From: a virus
Lineage: Duplodnaviria; Caudoviricetes
Direction: 5' to 3' (one strand)
IMG/VR virus record: IMGVR_UViG_3300025652_000068
Location: 1-61,159 of that record
Length of the DNA: 61,159 nt
The notes beneath the pieces are model-generated. The model ran no database searches, was not told the origin of the DNA, and saw nothing but the letters and a program-made list of their open reading frames with translations. Within the stretch, counting starts at the first letter, position 1, and each line of letters opens with the position of its first letter. The position numbers and the translations under genes are program-made. Shown here one piece after another: positions 1-8,440 of the stretch.

Positions 1-148
1 CCAAGAATTGGCAAAGCCTTCTCCTGTTGGAACATCTGTATCTTGTGTGTGTGTCCAAGTACCATTATCACTTAAATCAACTTTCATTCTATCAATAGTA
101 TGATATCCACCACCTGTGATTCCTGTTGTGCTTGTACCTCTTTGAGCT
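1..148. repeat. Terminal overlap, copy 1 (matches 61012-61159 except positions 21-22)
   Basis: Direct comparison: identical apart from CT (21-22) vs GA (61032-61033); indicates a circular or circularly permuted assembly. Confidence 0.95.
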
Positions 149-363
149 ACTGCCATATCACCATTAATAATAAGTGGTTTTACATTTGGTCTAGTAACTA
201 TTGTGCCATTGTCTGTTGTAGAAACTTGTCCTACAGTATTAATATTTCCATTAGCATCTATAGTTACTTTAGTTGTACCATTAGATTGTATATCTACCGC
301 ACCACTTGTATCTGATATTAACTTTAAACCATCAGTTGTATCTGCATTAATTTTACATGTCAT
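1..363 (-). CDS. N-terminal part of tail-associated putative adhesin paralog 1 (continues across the junction into 60142-61011)
   Basis: ATG at 363 overlaps the stop of 360..2426 (ATGA); hand translation MTCKINADTTDGLKL...RPNVKPLIINGDMAVAQRG...DRMKVDLSDNGTW runs into the 60142..61098 ORF. Confidence 0.85.
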   Translation of the reverse strand, partial: MTCKINADTTDGLKLISDTSGAVDIQSNGTTKVTIDANGNINTVGQVSTTDNGTIVTRPNVKPLIINGDMAVAQRGTSTTGITGGGYHTIDRMKVDLSDNGTWTHTQDTDVPTGEGFANSW

Positions 364-2426
364 AAGATTACCCATCTTTGTCCACTAGGGACGGTTACTG
401 TTATTCCACTTGCTATGGTTATTGGACCCACACTTAAAGCATTTTTACCTGCTGTGATTGAATAGTTAGCCGTAATATCGTCAGCGTTCTCATATATCGC
501 ACCACCACTAAAAGCAGTTGCGTTCATTTCCATTACATCGGCACCACCAATTCTAAAGTCTATCTGATCATCTGTATCAGCAGTAATTGAGGTATCGGCA
601 TCAGCATCAAGTATAAGCTCTTTGCCGTTTAAATCCATACCATTATTGGGCAGTAATTTACCACCATCTGAACCATCAACAGTTAAGAATGTAGTGTCTG
701 CACCGCCATCAGTTCCTTTCAATATTATATCAGTATCATTACCTTGAGCGTCAATCGTAATATTTCCAGCTGATGTTGCTAAAGTAGAGGCCGCATCACC
801 AGTGCTAATATCATCCAATGCTGTAGCAGTTTCCGCTGCAAATGATAATGTACCACTACCATCTGTTTTTAAAACATGATTCGCCGATCCGTCTGCAGTT
901 GGCATATTAAATGCTGTACCACCAGAAGTCATAATTATTTTACTACCATCTGACGCTATACTTTCGTTTGCATCATGTAATTGTAAAGTAGGCGTTCCAC
1001 CAGCATCCTCTAACAGAAGACCAGTATCGTGCACATGAGTTAAACTAATCTCATCATTCGCACCAAACGACAGAATCGCACCATCGTGTTGTAATTCTAA
1101 ATCTTGTGTTAAAGTTACGTCGCCATCCGAACCAATTGATATGGCATCAGTGTCACTGGTATGCCCTATGTTTGTGCCATTTATAATAATATTATCAACT
1201 GTTAATGTTGTTAAAGTTCCTAACGAGGTAATATTTGTTTGAGCTGCTGTAGTTAAAGTTACATCAGCTATATAAGTTTTTATTCTTGAAGCTTCACATT
1301 TTCTATTAGTGCCACCAGCACCATCATCAACAATAATTAAATCAGCATCTGCTAATCCTGCACCTATATCTGATGCTCCATCGATATCTAAATCTGCTAA
1401 AGCAAGAGAGCCATCTGGAAAAACAGGAGCTTGAGAAAAAGTAACTACTCCATCTGAAGCTATCGCTATCGAATCAGTATCACTGGTATGGCCAATATTA
1501 GTGCCATTGATAATAATGTTATCGACAGTAAGTGTAGTGAGTGTACCTAGTGATGTTATATTGGTTTGTGCCGCTGTGGTTAAAGTAACATCAGCTATGT
1601 AGGTTTTAACCCTAGTCATAGCAGATTTTCTATTGGTGCCACCAGCACCATCGTCTACAATGATTAAATCTGCGTCTGCTAATCCTGCACCTATATCAGA
1701 ACCACCATCAATATCTAAAGAAGCAATTCCAACCTTGTTAGCAGTAGATATAGTATCTAATTTAGTGTCAGCAATTGCAGCACCTGAGGCTACACTTGCA
1801 TTTACGACAGCGTTCGCAGCTAATTGATCTGCTCCTACAGCGTCATCTGCAATTTTAGCTTGAGTTACATTGTCATCGACTATAGATGCAGTTACCACTG
1901 CACTAGCTGCTAATTGGTCAGCACCAACAGCGTCATCGGCTATCATGGACTGTTCTACTGCATCACTTTGTATGGTCATAGCTCCACTAGACGCTAAACC
2001 AATGTCTCCGCTTACCGCTACTTCTTCGTAACTGGTGCCATCACCTACCAATATTTTACCAGACGTTACATCTGGCATAATTAATTTTGCAGGTAAAGTT
2101 ATATTATTACTTGCATCTAAAACTAAAGATTTACTTGCAGGCATCGTACAAAAAACAAACTTTGTACCTGCTGAGAAGTTAACAGCACTATCGCTGTTTG
2201 AACTAGATATTATTGTTGTCCTGGCTAACGTTGAGCTATCACCTGATAAAGTTCCAAGACCCACTTCAAACTCAGAACCTAATTGAATACAGTAGTAAGT
2301 AGTGTTGCTATTACCAATACCTGCTGCAAAAGTTTCAAAACCTTGTACCGCACCACCTAAAGCAACTGTGCCAGTACCAGTGGTAGTAGTGCTTTCTTTT
2401 ACACGGTCATTGAGAACTAAAGCCAT
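360..2426 (-). CDS. Long tail fibre protein with internal repeats
   Basis: G/T/D/A-rich 688 aa; ~108-aa internal duplication (LDIDG.SDIGAGLADADLIIVDDGAGGTNRK...GHTSDTD) and IADDAVGADQLAA repeats; tail region. Confidence 0.75.
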   Translation of the reverse strand: MALVLNDRVKESTTTTGTGTVALGGAVQGFETFAAGIGNSNTTYYCIQLGSEFEVGLGTLSGDSSTLARTTIISSSNSDSAVNFSAGTKFVFCTMPASKSLVLDASNNITLPAKLIMPDVTSGKILVGDGTSYEEVAVSGDIGLASSGAMTIQSDAVEQSMIADDAVGADQLAASAVVTASIVDDNVTQAKIADDAVGADQLAANAVVNASVASGAAIADTKLDTISTANKVGIASLDIDGGSDIGAGLADADLIIVDDGAGGTNRKSAMTRVKTYIADVTLTTAAQTNITSLGTLTTLTVDNIIINGTNIGHTSDTDSIAIASDGVVTFSQAPVFPDGSLALADLDIDGASDIGAGLADADLIIVDDGAGGTNRKCEASRIKTYIADVTLTTAAQTNITSLGTLTTLTVDNIIINGTNIGHTSDTDAISIGSDGDVTLTQDLELQHDGAILSFGANDEISLTHVHDTGLLLEDAGGTPTLQLHDANESIASDGSKIIMTSGGTAFNMPTADGSANHVLKTDGSGTLSFAAETATALDDISTGDAASTLATSAGNITIDAQGNDTDIILKGTDGGADTTFLTVDGSDGGKLLPNNGMDLNGKELILDADADTSITADTDDQIDFRIGGADVMEMNATAFSGGAIYENADDITANYSITAGKNALSVGPITIASGITVTVPSGQRWVIL

Positions 2427-2435
2427 GTGTTACTC

Positions 2436-2873
2436 CTATGCTATTCGTATAATTGCTGCAGAGGATGAAAAAGCTGGAAACTGAATAGTAAATGTTCCCG
2501 AGGTAGCTGTCTTATCGCCACCAAAATTTAAGACACATACTGCTGGATCACCTGATACAGTATCATTATAAATCAATGCCCCTCTTGCAGTTAACGTTAC
2601 TCCTGTAAATGATAAATCGGCAAAATCAACTAGTGCTGTGTCAGAAGATATTGAAGTACCGCCATTAGTTAACGCACTTCCACCTGAAGCATATTGACCT
2701 GTATTTGATACTTGGTTATCAGACGTAAACGATGTAGTTGATTTACCTAAAGTAGCATCACTAGTGTAAAGCGACAGTTTAAAGCTATTGCCACCACTTG
2801 CTTTAAAGTTATGTGTGCCTTCTAATAATTCTTTTTTAAATGAATTACATATTGCATTGGTTGTTATTGCCAT
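2436..2873 (-). CDS. Tail-associated structural protein
   Basis: 145 aa beta-rich composition, between adaptor-like gene and fibre, coupled to upstream gene. Confidence 0.55.
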   Translation of the reverse strand: MAITTNAICNSFKKELLEGTHNFKASGGNSFKLSLYTSDATLGKSTTSFTSDNQVSNTGQYASGGSALTNGGTSISSDTALVDFADLSFTGVTLTARGALIYNDTVSGDPAVCVLNFGGDKTATSGTFTIQFPAFSSSAAIIRIA

Positions 2874-3541
2874 TATCCTGCTCCTTTAACATTTGGTGAA
2901 ATTGATGGAACGGGTATTCTTGGTTCACCATCTGTATATTGCCCACGTTTTTTGTGTCCCATCTGTTGCATAGCAAACTGCTGTACCTCTTCATTGTACT
3001 TCCCTTTGTATAAGTTGTACATATCAGCAGGGCCTTTTAAGTAGCTAAAACACTCAGTTAGCACACCATGTAATAGCATTGATTCTTGATTAATTGACAA
3101 AAAAGTCGTGGTTGAGCTATTAAAATGTGGTGGATCTATGACATAGTTGATCTGTACAGTCAAAGCACTTGCGGGTACAGGAGCGATAACAATAGCACTG
3201 TCATCCCAGTTTGCATAATACTTTGGTACACCTGTAGCATCTGTTGGGTTAAACTCTGAGATAAAACTAGTATCTCGTTTTTCTAAAAATATACGATCGC
3301 TACCACTTGTTACTTGAACTGACCTTAAATACATCATCTCCTCTGGCATACTGAGATATCTTTGTGATGCCACACATGAAGATGTTTTGTAAGCTCTTAA
3401 ATCATCATAATCAACTTTACCAGCAATATCTAATTCTGTATTACGAATAAATTGATCAATTAAAGTATCCGACAATACATTAGAATCTACTTCGGTATAG
3501 TTTCTTACTTGTGTTAAAAAATTTGCGTGTGTAATACTCAT
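2873..3541 (-). CDS. Head-tail adaptor / tail tubular-like protein
   Basis: 222 aa with G.PKYY and LL.G.L.E motifs typical of podovirus adaptors; synteny. Confidence 0.55.
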   Translation of the reverse strand: MSITHANFLTQVRNYTEVDSNVLSDTLIDQFIRNTELDIAGKVDYDDLRAYKTSSCVASQRYLSMPEEMMYLRSVQVTSGSDRIFLEKRDTSFISEFNPTDATGVPKYYANWDDSAIVIAPVPASALTVQINYVIDPPHFNSSTTTFLSINQESMLLHGVLTECFSYLKGPADMYNLYKGKYNEEVQQFAMQQMGHKKRGQYTDGEPRIPVPSISPNVKGAG

Positions 3542-3885
3542 GATATAGTTATGGTTACCTCTCCAGTGCTAGCTGTCATTTCAAACGATTCTAATGATGT
3601 ACCTAGTATATTATTACTTGCGTTAGGTTGCATACTTGAACTATTAAAACCATTGTTAACATATAAAACAAAAGCATCATTATCTTCTTTAGGTCTTGGT
3701 CTTGGGTTCTGTAAAGCAACAGCATCTGATTGATGATGTTTTCTTCTTATCTGAGGATGTTTTGCTTCATACTCAGATTTATGCACAAATGCACCATTCC
3801 ATTCTTTGACCATTTCTTTGTAAGGAAACGCCATACCTGATCTATCAGATATTGCTTTTGCATATTTTCCTTTTGCGTATGGCAT
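3538..3885 (-). CDS. Phage virion/neck protein, unknown function
   Basis: 115 aa, ISDRSG..F and E.KHPQ motifs; coupled with downstream gene. Confidence 0.5.
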   Translation of the reverse strand: MPYAKGKYAKAISDRSGMAFPYKEMVKEWNGAFVHKSEYEAKHPQIRRKHHQSDAVALQNPRPRPKEDNDAFVLYVNNGFNSSSMQPNASNNILGTSLESFEMTASTGEVTITIS

Positions 3886-3893
3886 AATTACCT

Positions 3894-4268
3894 CTAGTAC
3901 AATTTAGTTGGTTTATTTCTACCTAATTTTGTTTTTACTTGAACAAACTTTCCTTTTTTAAACTTTGATGTTTCTTCCGCTTTTAGTTTTTTTTGTATGT
4001 AGCTACCCTTTTCTTTTTTACCACTTTTATTTCTTTTGTCTAATGCTTTAACAGTTTTTTTAACATCTTTATCCTTCACTAATTTTTTTAAATCTGTTTC
4101 ATTTTTAAGAAGCTTATTAGTCATATTTGCTTTATCTGTTTCAGAACCTTTATCAAAATTTTTTTTAATATAGCTGTTCTGTTGACTTTTTTTATGTATT
4201 TCAAGTATTTTTTTTATACCTCGTTTCCCAAAACGCAATCCAAATTTAGCTAAATTTACTACACTCAT
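3894..4268 (-). CDS. Lys-rich putative internal virion protein
   Basis: C-terminus FKKGKFVQVKTKLGRNKPTKLY is shared with ORF 15810..16061. Confidence 0.55.
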   Translation of the reverse strand: MSVVNLAKFGLRFGKRGIKKILEIHKKSQQNSYIKKNFDKGSETDKANMTNKLLKNETDLKKLVKDKDVKKTVKALDKRNKSGKKEKGSYIQKKLKAEETSKFKKGKFVQVKTKLGRNKPTKLY

Positions 4269-4270
4269 TA

Positions 4271-4960
4271 CTAACTCCCTGATGGATAATAACTTTGTGG
4301 TGCTATATACACCGAAGTTCTTTGTCCATCTTCATCTAGTGCACGTTTAAGTTCATCTTCGTAAATCATTTTATTTTGCTGAACTATTGAAGGATTTATT
4401 TTCATCGATAAATAGTAAGCAAGTCCCGCTACCATGCAAGGTATAAACCTAAATGCTATATCTGCCTGATTTGTATAAGCACCAGCATCTTCAATACGCT
4501 CCATAAAATAATATTTTAAATGAGTATAAGTACTAGCATTAGGTGTTTGATACAAAGTAATTGTGGGTATTGTTTGGCGATCTACATAATATTCAGAGGG
4601 TTGGCCTGTAGCGCCCTTATTATTTTTTGACGCATAATCACTTCTTGATATTTTAGTCAAAGATATATCACTAGTTGAACTAGTGGTTCCACTTGAACTA
4701 CTAATATATGCTTCAAGGATATCACTGGTGTTTGAGGGTGCAGTATAAGTTGCTGTGCCTGAAGTTAACTCTTGCGTTTGCAACGCCACTTTCCACAAGT
4801 GCACGCCACGATTGCCCCACTCAGAAAACAAAATATTAAGGCTACGACGAGCAGACTTGAGATCACGGCCACTATTAGTCCTGACAGCACAACGTTCGTA
4901 AGCTTCTTCAATGATGTCATCGATATCAAGATCGAATGTAGTTGTGCCTGAGGTTGCCAT
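4271..4960 (-). CDS. Tail tubular protein A / head-tail adaptor
   Basis: 229 aa, IIEEAYERC...ARRSLN...W.NRG...G.PS.YY pattern; position after head genes. Confidence 0.65.
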   Translation of the reverse strand: MATSGTTTFDLDIDDIIEEAYERCAVRTNSGRDLKSARRSLNILFSEWGNRGVHLWKVALQTQELTSGTATYTAPSNTSDILEAYISSSSGTTSSTSDISLTKISRSDYASKNNKGATGQPSEYYVDRQTIPTITLYQTPNASTYTHLKYYFMERIEDAGAYTNQADIAFRFIPCMVAGLAYYLSMKINPSIVQQNKMIYEDELKRALDEDGQRTSVYIAPQSYYPSGS

Positions 4961-4968
4961 CTAGCCTC

Positions 4969-5715
4969 CTAGTATATACCTTTAAAATTGTTGCCTCTAA
5001 TTGCAGCACCGCCACCACGCAATTTTTTACTTTTAATGGCTTTATCTCTTGAACCCATATATTCTGCTGTACTTGATTCAATACGACCATCACCATCATA
5101 ATCTTTGTTTGCCATTTTACCCGTATTAGCTTTCATGATACCGCCAGCTTTACGCTGACCAAATCTTTGACCACCAGCATTAGTTGGTTTCTTTTTCCTT
5201 GCACCAGCACCAGCACCAGCACCAGCACCAGCACCAGCTTTTTTAAGGGCCTCTTGTCTGTTTAAAGCACTTACTTTTTTACCATCAACAGTGTATGTTT
5301 TTAAAGGCGGGTTTTTACCTTCAGGTCTGCCTTTAATTGAACTAGCCGCACTAATTGACTTATCTTCAACTCTACTAGCCGATGGACCTTTCATTTCATG
5401 TTTTTTAGCGGCTTTGTATTTTTTACCTTTAAAAGTAAATATTGTGCCTGGACCTTTTGCTAGAGCAACAGAAAATGCTTTACCGAAACCACTTAATGCT
5501 TTTGCTTTACCTGCTGGTCCTGCATCACCTGCTTTACCACCAATTCTTGGGTCTATTGTAGTTCTGCTTCTAGCACCACCTGCAAGATTATATTGTGGAC
5601 CTTTAATTCCTTTTTTACCTGCTGGTCCAGCATCACCTTTAGTTCCACCTATACGAGGATCTATTGTTGTTCGTTTTAATTTACCGCTTCCTTTATTACT
5701 TGGTCCTACTGCCAT
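4969..5715 (-). CDS. Basic Gly/Lys-rich putative internal virion protein
   Basis: Strong SD (AGGAGG); duplicated RTTIDPRIGG..GDAGPAGK; GA repeat; C-terminal RGGGAAIRG..FKGIY. Confidence 0.6.
   Translation of the reverse strand: MAVGPSNKGSGKLKRTTIDPRIGGTKGDAGPAGKKGIKGPQYNLAGGARSRTTIDPRIGGKAGDAGPAGKAKALSGFGKAFSVALAKGPGTIFTFKGKKYKAAKKHEMKGPSASRVEDKSISAASSIKGRPEGKNPPLKTYTVDGKKVSALNRQEALKKAGAGAGAGAGAGARKKKPTNAGGQRFGQRKAGGIMKANTGKMANKDYDGDGRIESSTAEYMGSRDKAIKSKKLRGGGAAIRGNNFKGIY
5201..5236. repeat. (GCACCA)6 in-frame hexamer tandem repeat encoding a Gly-Ala run
   Basis: Read directly. Confidence 0.9.
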
Positions 5716-5724
5716 GATCGCCTC

Positions 5725-5997
5725 CTAAAATTGTATTAATCCACCATAGTATTTTTTATCTATGGTTCTTACATTAACTGGTTTTGGGCCAGTATTACCC
5801 GCCTGCCTTTTTCGTTTTACCGCAGAACGTTTCTGCGATTTACTCATCCTTGCTGCTTTAGCAGCTGGAACGCATTTTGGGTATTTACGTTTTGAGGTCT
5901 TTGCATTTTTACGACCACATGGTTGATATTTGCCGTCCTTTTTAGGAGCACCGATATCTACCCAATTTTCGTTAGCCCAATCTTTTAAAGCACCCAT
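5725..5997 (-). CDS. Small basic virion-associated protein
   Basis: 90 aa, K/R-rich, C..R....YPKC motif, ends KYYGGLIQF. Confidence 0.55.
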   Translation of the reverse strand: MGALKDWANENWVDIGAPKKDGKYQPCGRKNAKTSKRKYPKCVPAAKAARMSKSQKRSAVKRKRQAGNTGPKPVNVRTIDKKYYGGLIQF

Positions 5998-6173
5998 TAC
6001 TTAATCAAATCTCCGTAGTAGTCAGATACAAAAGAACCATTTTTAGCGCTTTTGATTTGACCTTTACAGACTTTGCTTGCGTACATATTAGCGTATGCTG
6101 ATGGGTAAACATCAAATTTACGCTTTGCTGCTGCTTTACCTTTTGGACAAATTTTTCTTCCTTTCTTAGCCAT
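5997..6173 (-). CDS. Small basic protein (58 aa, not in ORF track)
   Basis: Hand translation MAKKGRKICPKGKAAAKRKFDVYPSAYANMYASKVCKGQIKSAKNGSFVSDYYGDLIK; TAATG overlap with next gene. Confidence 0.7.
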   Translation of the reverse strand: MAKKGRKICPKGKAAAKRKFDVYPSAYANMYASKVCKGQIKSAKNGSFVSDYYGDLIK

Positions 6174-6180
6174 AATATGA

Positions 6181-6209
6181 GTTTATCAGTTTTAATTCTA
6201 GCTATCTAG
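6181..6209 (-). promoter_or_regulatory. Putative sigma70 promoter (probably leaderless) for 5997..6173
   Basis: TAGATA-17bp-TAAACT with TG extension, 7 nt before the ATG. Confidence 0.45.
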
Positions 6210-6303
6210 ACCTTGCTTGTTTCTTCTTTTTCTTCTTCTTTTTTTTCTTTTTCATAGGTGGTTTAGATATTTGTTGTGACATTTGAGATCTTGTTATTGA
6301 CAT
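6202..6303 (-). CDS. 33-aa poly-lysine peptide (not in ORF track)
   Basis: MSITRSQMSQQISKPPMKKKKKKKKKKKQARSR; the Lys run uses mixed AAA/AAG codons. Confidence 0.55.
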   Translation of the reverse strand: MSITRSQMSQQISKPPMKKKKKKKKKKKQARSR

Positions 6304-6755
6304 CTACTATACCTCACTTTACCGTTTTCATCTTTTTCAGCTAATAAATATTCACTTCTATTTCTTTCACCTACATATGAAGCATGCACCCAACCAGAAT
6401 TAATCTCATCAGGATTGTGAAATTCAAGAATAACTTGATCAAAAGATAAATTTTCGTTAATAAAATCTGCTAATTCTTTATTTGACACACCAGGTATTTC
6501 AAAGTCTGCAGCTTCACCTTTGCAATGTTGTGATCGAGAAGAAGAACCAATTTGCATACTTACTTGAGGGGAACGATAGCCAGAACTTATCATGACTGGC
6601 TTTTGAAAATAATCTCTTACAGGTTGTAAAATATTATCGCAAAGTTTTTGTAAGCTATCAATGTGTTCCTTGTCGGGATTGTTATCAAAACCACATCGTT
6701 CAGCTGTTTGCGATTTAGTTAATTCTGCAAGAGAAAAATTATCAGTCAGCTTCAT
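6294..6755 (-). CDS. Peptidase M15 family endolysin (Zn peptidase)
   Basis: SSGYRS, SQH..G.AAD and WVH motifs. Confidence 0.85.
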   Translation of the reverse strand: MKLTDNFSLAELTKSQTAERCGFDNNPDKEHIDSLQKLCDNILQPVRDYFQKPVMISSGYRSPQVSMQIGSSSRSQHCKGEAADFEIPGVSNKELADFINENLSFDQVILEFHNPDEINSGWVHASYVGERNRSEYLLAEKDENGKVRYSRCQ

Positions 6756-6868
6756 ACAAAAATAAATAAAATTATTAAAATAATTATAATTATATCTCTT
6801 ATCTTACAACTTCCACAAGTCCAACTGTCTTTATATTTTGTCCACAGTTTATCTACATATTTAAACAT
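6752..6868 (-). CDS. 38-aa single-TM membrane protein (holin/antiholin candidate, not in ORF track)
   Basis: MFKYVDKLWTKYKDSWTCGSCKIRDIIIIILIILFIFV; ATGA overlap with endolysin. Confidence 0.5.
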   Translation of the reverse strand: MFKYVDKLWTKYKDSWTCGSCKIRDIIIIILIILFIFV

Positions 6869-6873
6869 TTTTG

Positions 6874-7197
6874 TTAACATTTCCATCTTCTCCTCGCTTG
6901 GCATATGCGCTTGTTAGGTGTTTTACGACAGTTTACATTGTGCATTTTTGCTTGACCAGCACTTCTTGCGCAAAATGATTTTCTTCGTTTTGCCGCTTTA
7001 CTACCTTTCTTTACATCACCTGTAACAGCAGTTTTTAATTTACTGCCAGGATTCATACGACGGTACGCTTTGACACCAGCTTGTGTCATTCCGGCACCTG
7101 ATTTAGTAGATCTATAATTTCTTTTATTACGAGCAGGCATGCCTCCCTTAGAGAAGCCTACCAACTCATTTGTATACTGTTCTACACTAATATCCAT
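6874..7197 (-). CDS. Basic virion-associated protein
   Basis: R/K-rich, RRKSFCARS and terminal RRWKC; FSKGG motif near N-terminus. Confidence 0.6.
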   Translation of the reverse strand: MDISVEQYTNELVGFSKGGMPARNKRNYRSTKSGAGMTQAGVKAYRRMNPGSKLKTAVTGDVKKGSKAAKRRKSFCARSAGQAKMHNVNCRKTPNKRICQARRRWKC

Positions 7198-7199
7198 TT

Positions 7200-7622
7200 T
7201 TAATCGTAGTTTTTAATAAATTCTGCAATGACTGTGTAAGTATTACCTGAATCAGCTGCACCCGGTACAACAAAGTTAACATCACTTTGGTTTGAGTTAG
7301 ATGAAGTGTTAGCAGGAATACCACCAAATTCTCTTAAATCCCAATAACCTGAATCAACTAATGTGACAATAGGAATATCGCCATCTGAATCTTCAAAGTC
7401 TAATCTAGCAAAAGAATCACCACCATCACCATTGGCACAAGACCACCATATTCTTTGTGGGCTTACTGTTGTGACGGATTGTCCATTTTTGTTATCTGCT
7501 AATGCAGAGACATCTGCAAAGACTGTGGTACCACCTGTACCATCTGATTGATTGACTATCTTGATAACTACTCTCTTATCGTTTTGTTGTAAGATTGTAG
7601 GTCCTGTTACTGTATCTGCCAT
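7200..7622 (-). CDS. Virion structural protein (probable start MADTV at 7622)
   Basis: SD GGAGG upstream of 7622; beta-rich; downstream of capsid genes. Confidence 0.6.
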   Translation of the reverse strand: MADTVTGPTILQQNDKRVVIKIVNQSDGTGGTTVFADVSALADNKNGQSVTTVSPQRIWWSCANGDGGDSFARLDFEDSDGDIPIVTLVDSGYWDLREFGGIPANTSSNSNQSDVNFVVPGAADSGNTYTVIAEFIKNYD

Positions 7623-7651
7623 GTTTCCCTCCTTAATTAAGAAACTAAAAT

Positions 7652-7671
7652 AGTGCCTCCGAAGAGGCACT
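7652..7671 (-). terminator. Hairpin/intrinsic terminator
   Basis: AGTGCCTC-CGAA-GAGGCACT followed by a short U-rich tract on the minus strand. Confidence 0.55.
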
Positions 7672-7680
7672 TAAATCATA

Positions 7681-8304
7681 TTACGCTGCGTAACCTTTAA
7701 GTTCAATTAATAATTTACCAGCGGTGTAGTCTGCATCTGTTGCAGCACCAGTTGTTAAATATAAAAACTCATCAGCGGCAGGCACGGCTGTAAAGTATAC
7801 TTTACTGCCCAGTGTTGCATCACCAGCGTTAACTAATAATGTTTCAGTTAAGTCGCCAATGGCTCCGTCTTCAACCCCTGTGCCTTCTGTCGCAGAATGT
7901 ACATTGATATCAGGATCACCGCCCGCAGGTGCTTCAAAACATTCCATACTACCTGTTAGAATAGTACCGTTTGTTGCCGCAACAATTTGACCAATGTGAC
8001 ACACTAAAGATGTGCCATTAACACCAATGATGTCGCCAGAACCTGTTGATCTTAAACCTGTAAGGTCAATTAAAATTTGTGTTGTAATAATACCACCTTC
8101 TCTAATAACAGAACTTCTGTAAACAGTTCCAGTACCTGTGGTAATACCTGTACCAGCTTCTACTGACATTGTATTTGCATCTAATGATGCTACACCAGTT
8201 GAGCTAATACTTGCTTGTGTTGTCCCATCATCCTTAGCACTAATGACTGTAAAGCCACCGACTGATCTGACTGGACCACTAAATGTTGAATTACTCATAT
8301 ACAT
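7681..8304 (-). CDS. Minor capsid/decoration-like protein
   Basis: Immediately after MCP; N-terminal STFSGPVRS; G/T-rich. Confidence 0.55.
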   Translation of the reverse strand: MYMSNSTFSGPVRSVGGFTVISAKDDGTTQASISSTGVASLDANTMSVEAGTGITTGTGTVYRSSVIREGGIITTQILIDLTGLRSTGSGDIIGVNGTSLVCHIGQIVAATNGTILTGSMECFEAPAGGDPDINVHSATEGTGVEDGAIGDLTETLLVNAGDATLGSKVYFTAVPAADEFLYLTTGAATDADYTAGKLLIELKGYAA

Positions 8305-8316
8305 CTCCTAAATTAA

Positions 8317-8375
8317 TGAATACAGTTCATAGGTAAATCGACTATACACGTCTGTATTCAGTTTATTTGTATAGT
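8317..8375 (-). ncRNA. Candidate cis-regulatory H-type pseudoknot in the 5' leader
   Basis: Two perfect interleaved stems: 8368-8375/8341-8348 (8 bp) and 8352-8360/8317-8325 (9 bp); TATAAT at 8382-8387. Confidence 0.5.
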
Positions 8376-8390
8376 AGCTTAATTATACCC

Positions 8391-8418
8391 AAAAAAAAGG
8401 GGACTCGAAAGTCCCCTT
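8391..8418 (-). terminator. Rho-independent terminator after MCP
   Basis: AAGGGGACT-TTCG-AGTCCCC followed by U8 on the minus strand. Confidence 0.85.
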
Positions 8419-8440
8419 AATCTTTCCTCCAAATTACTAC

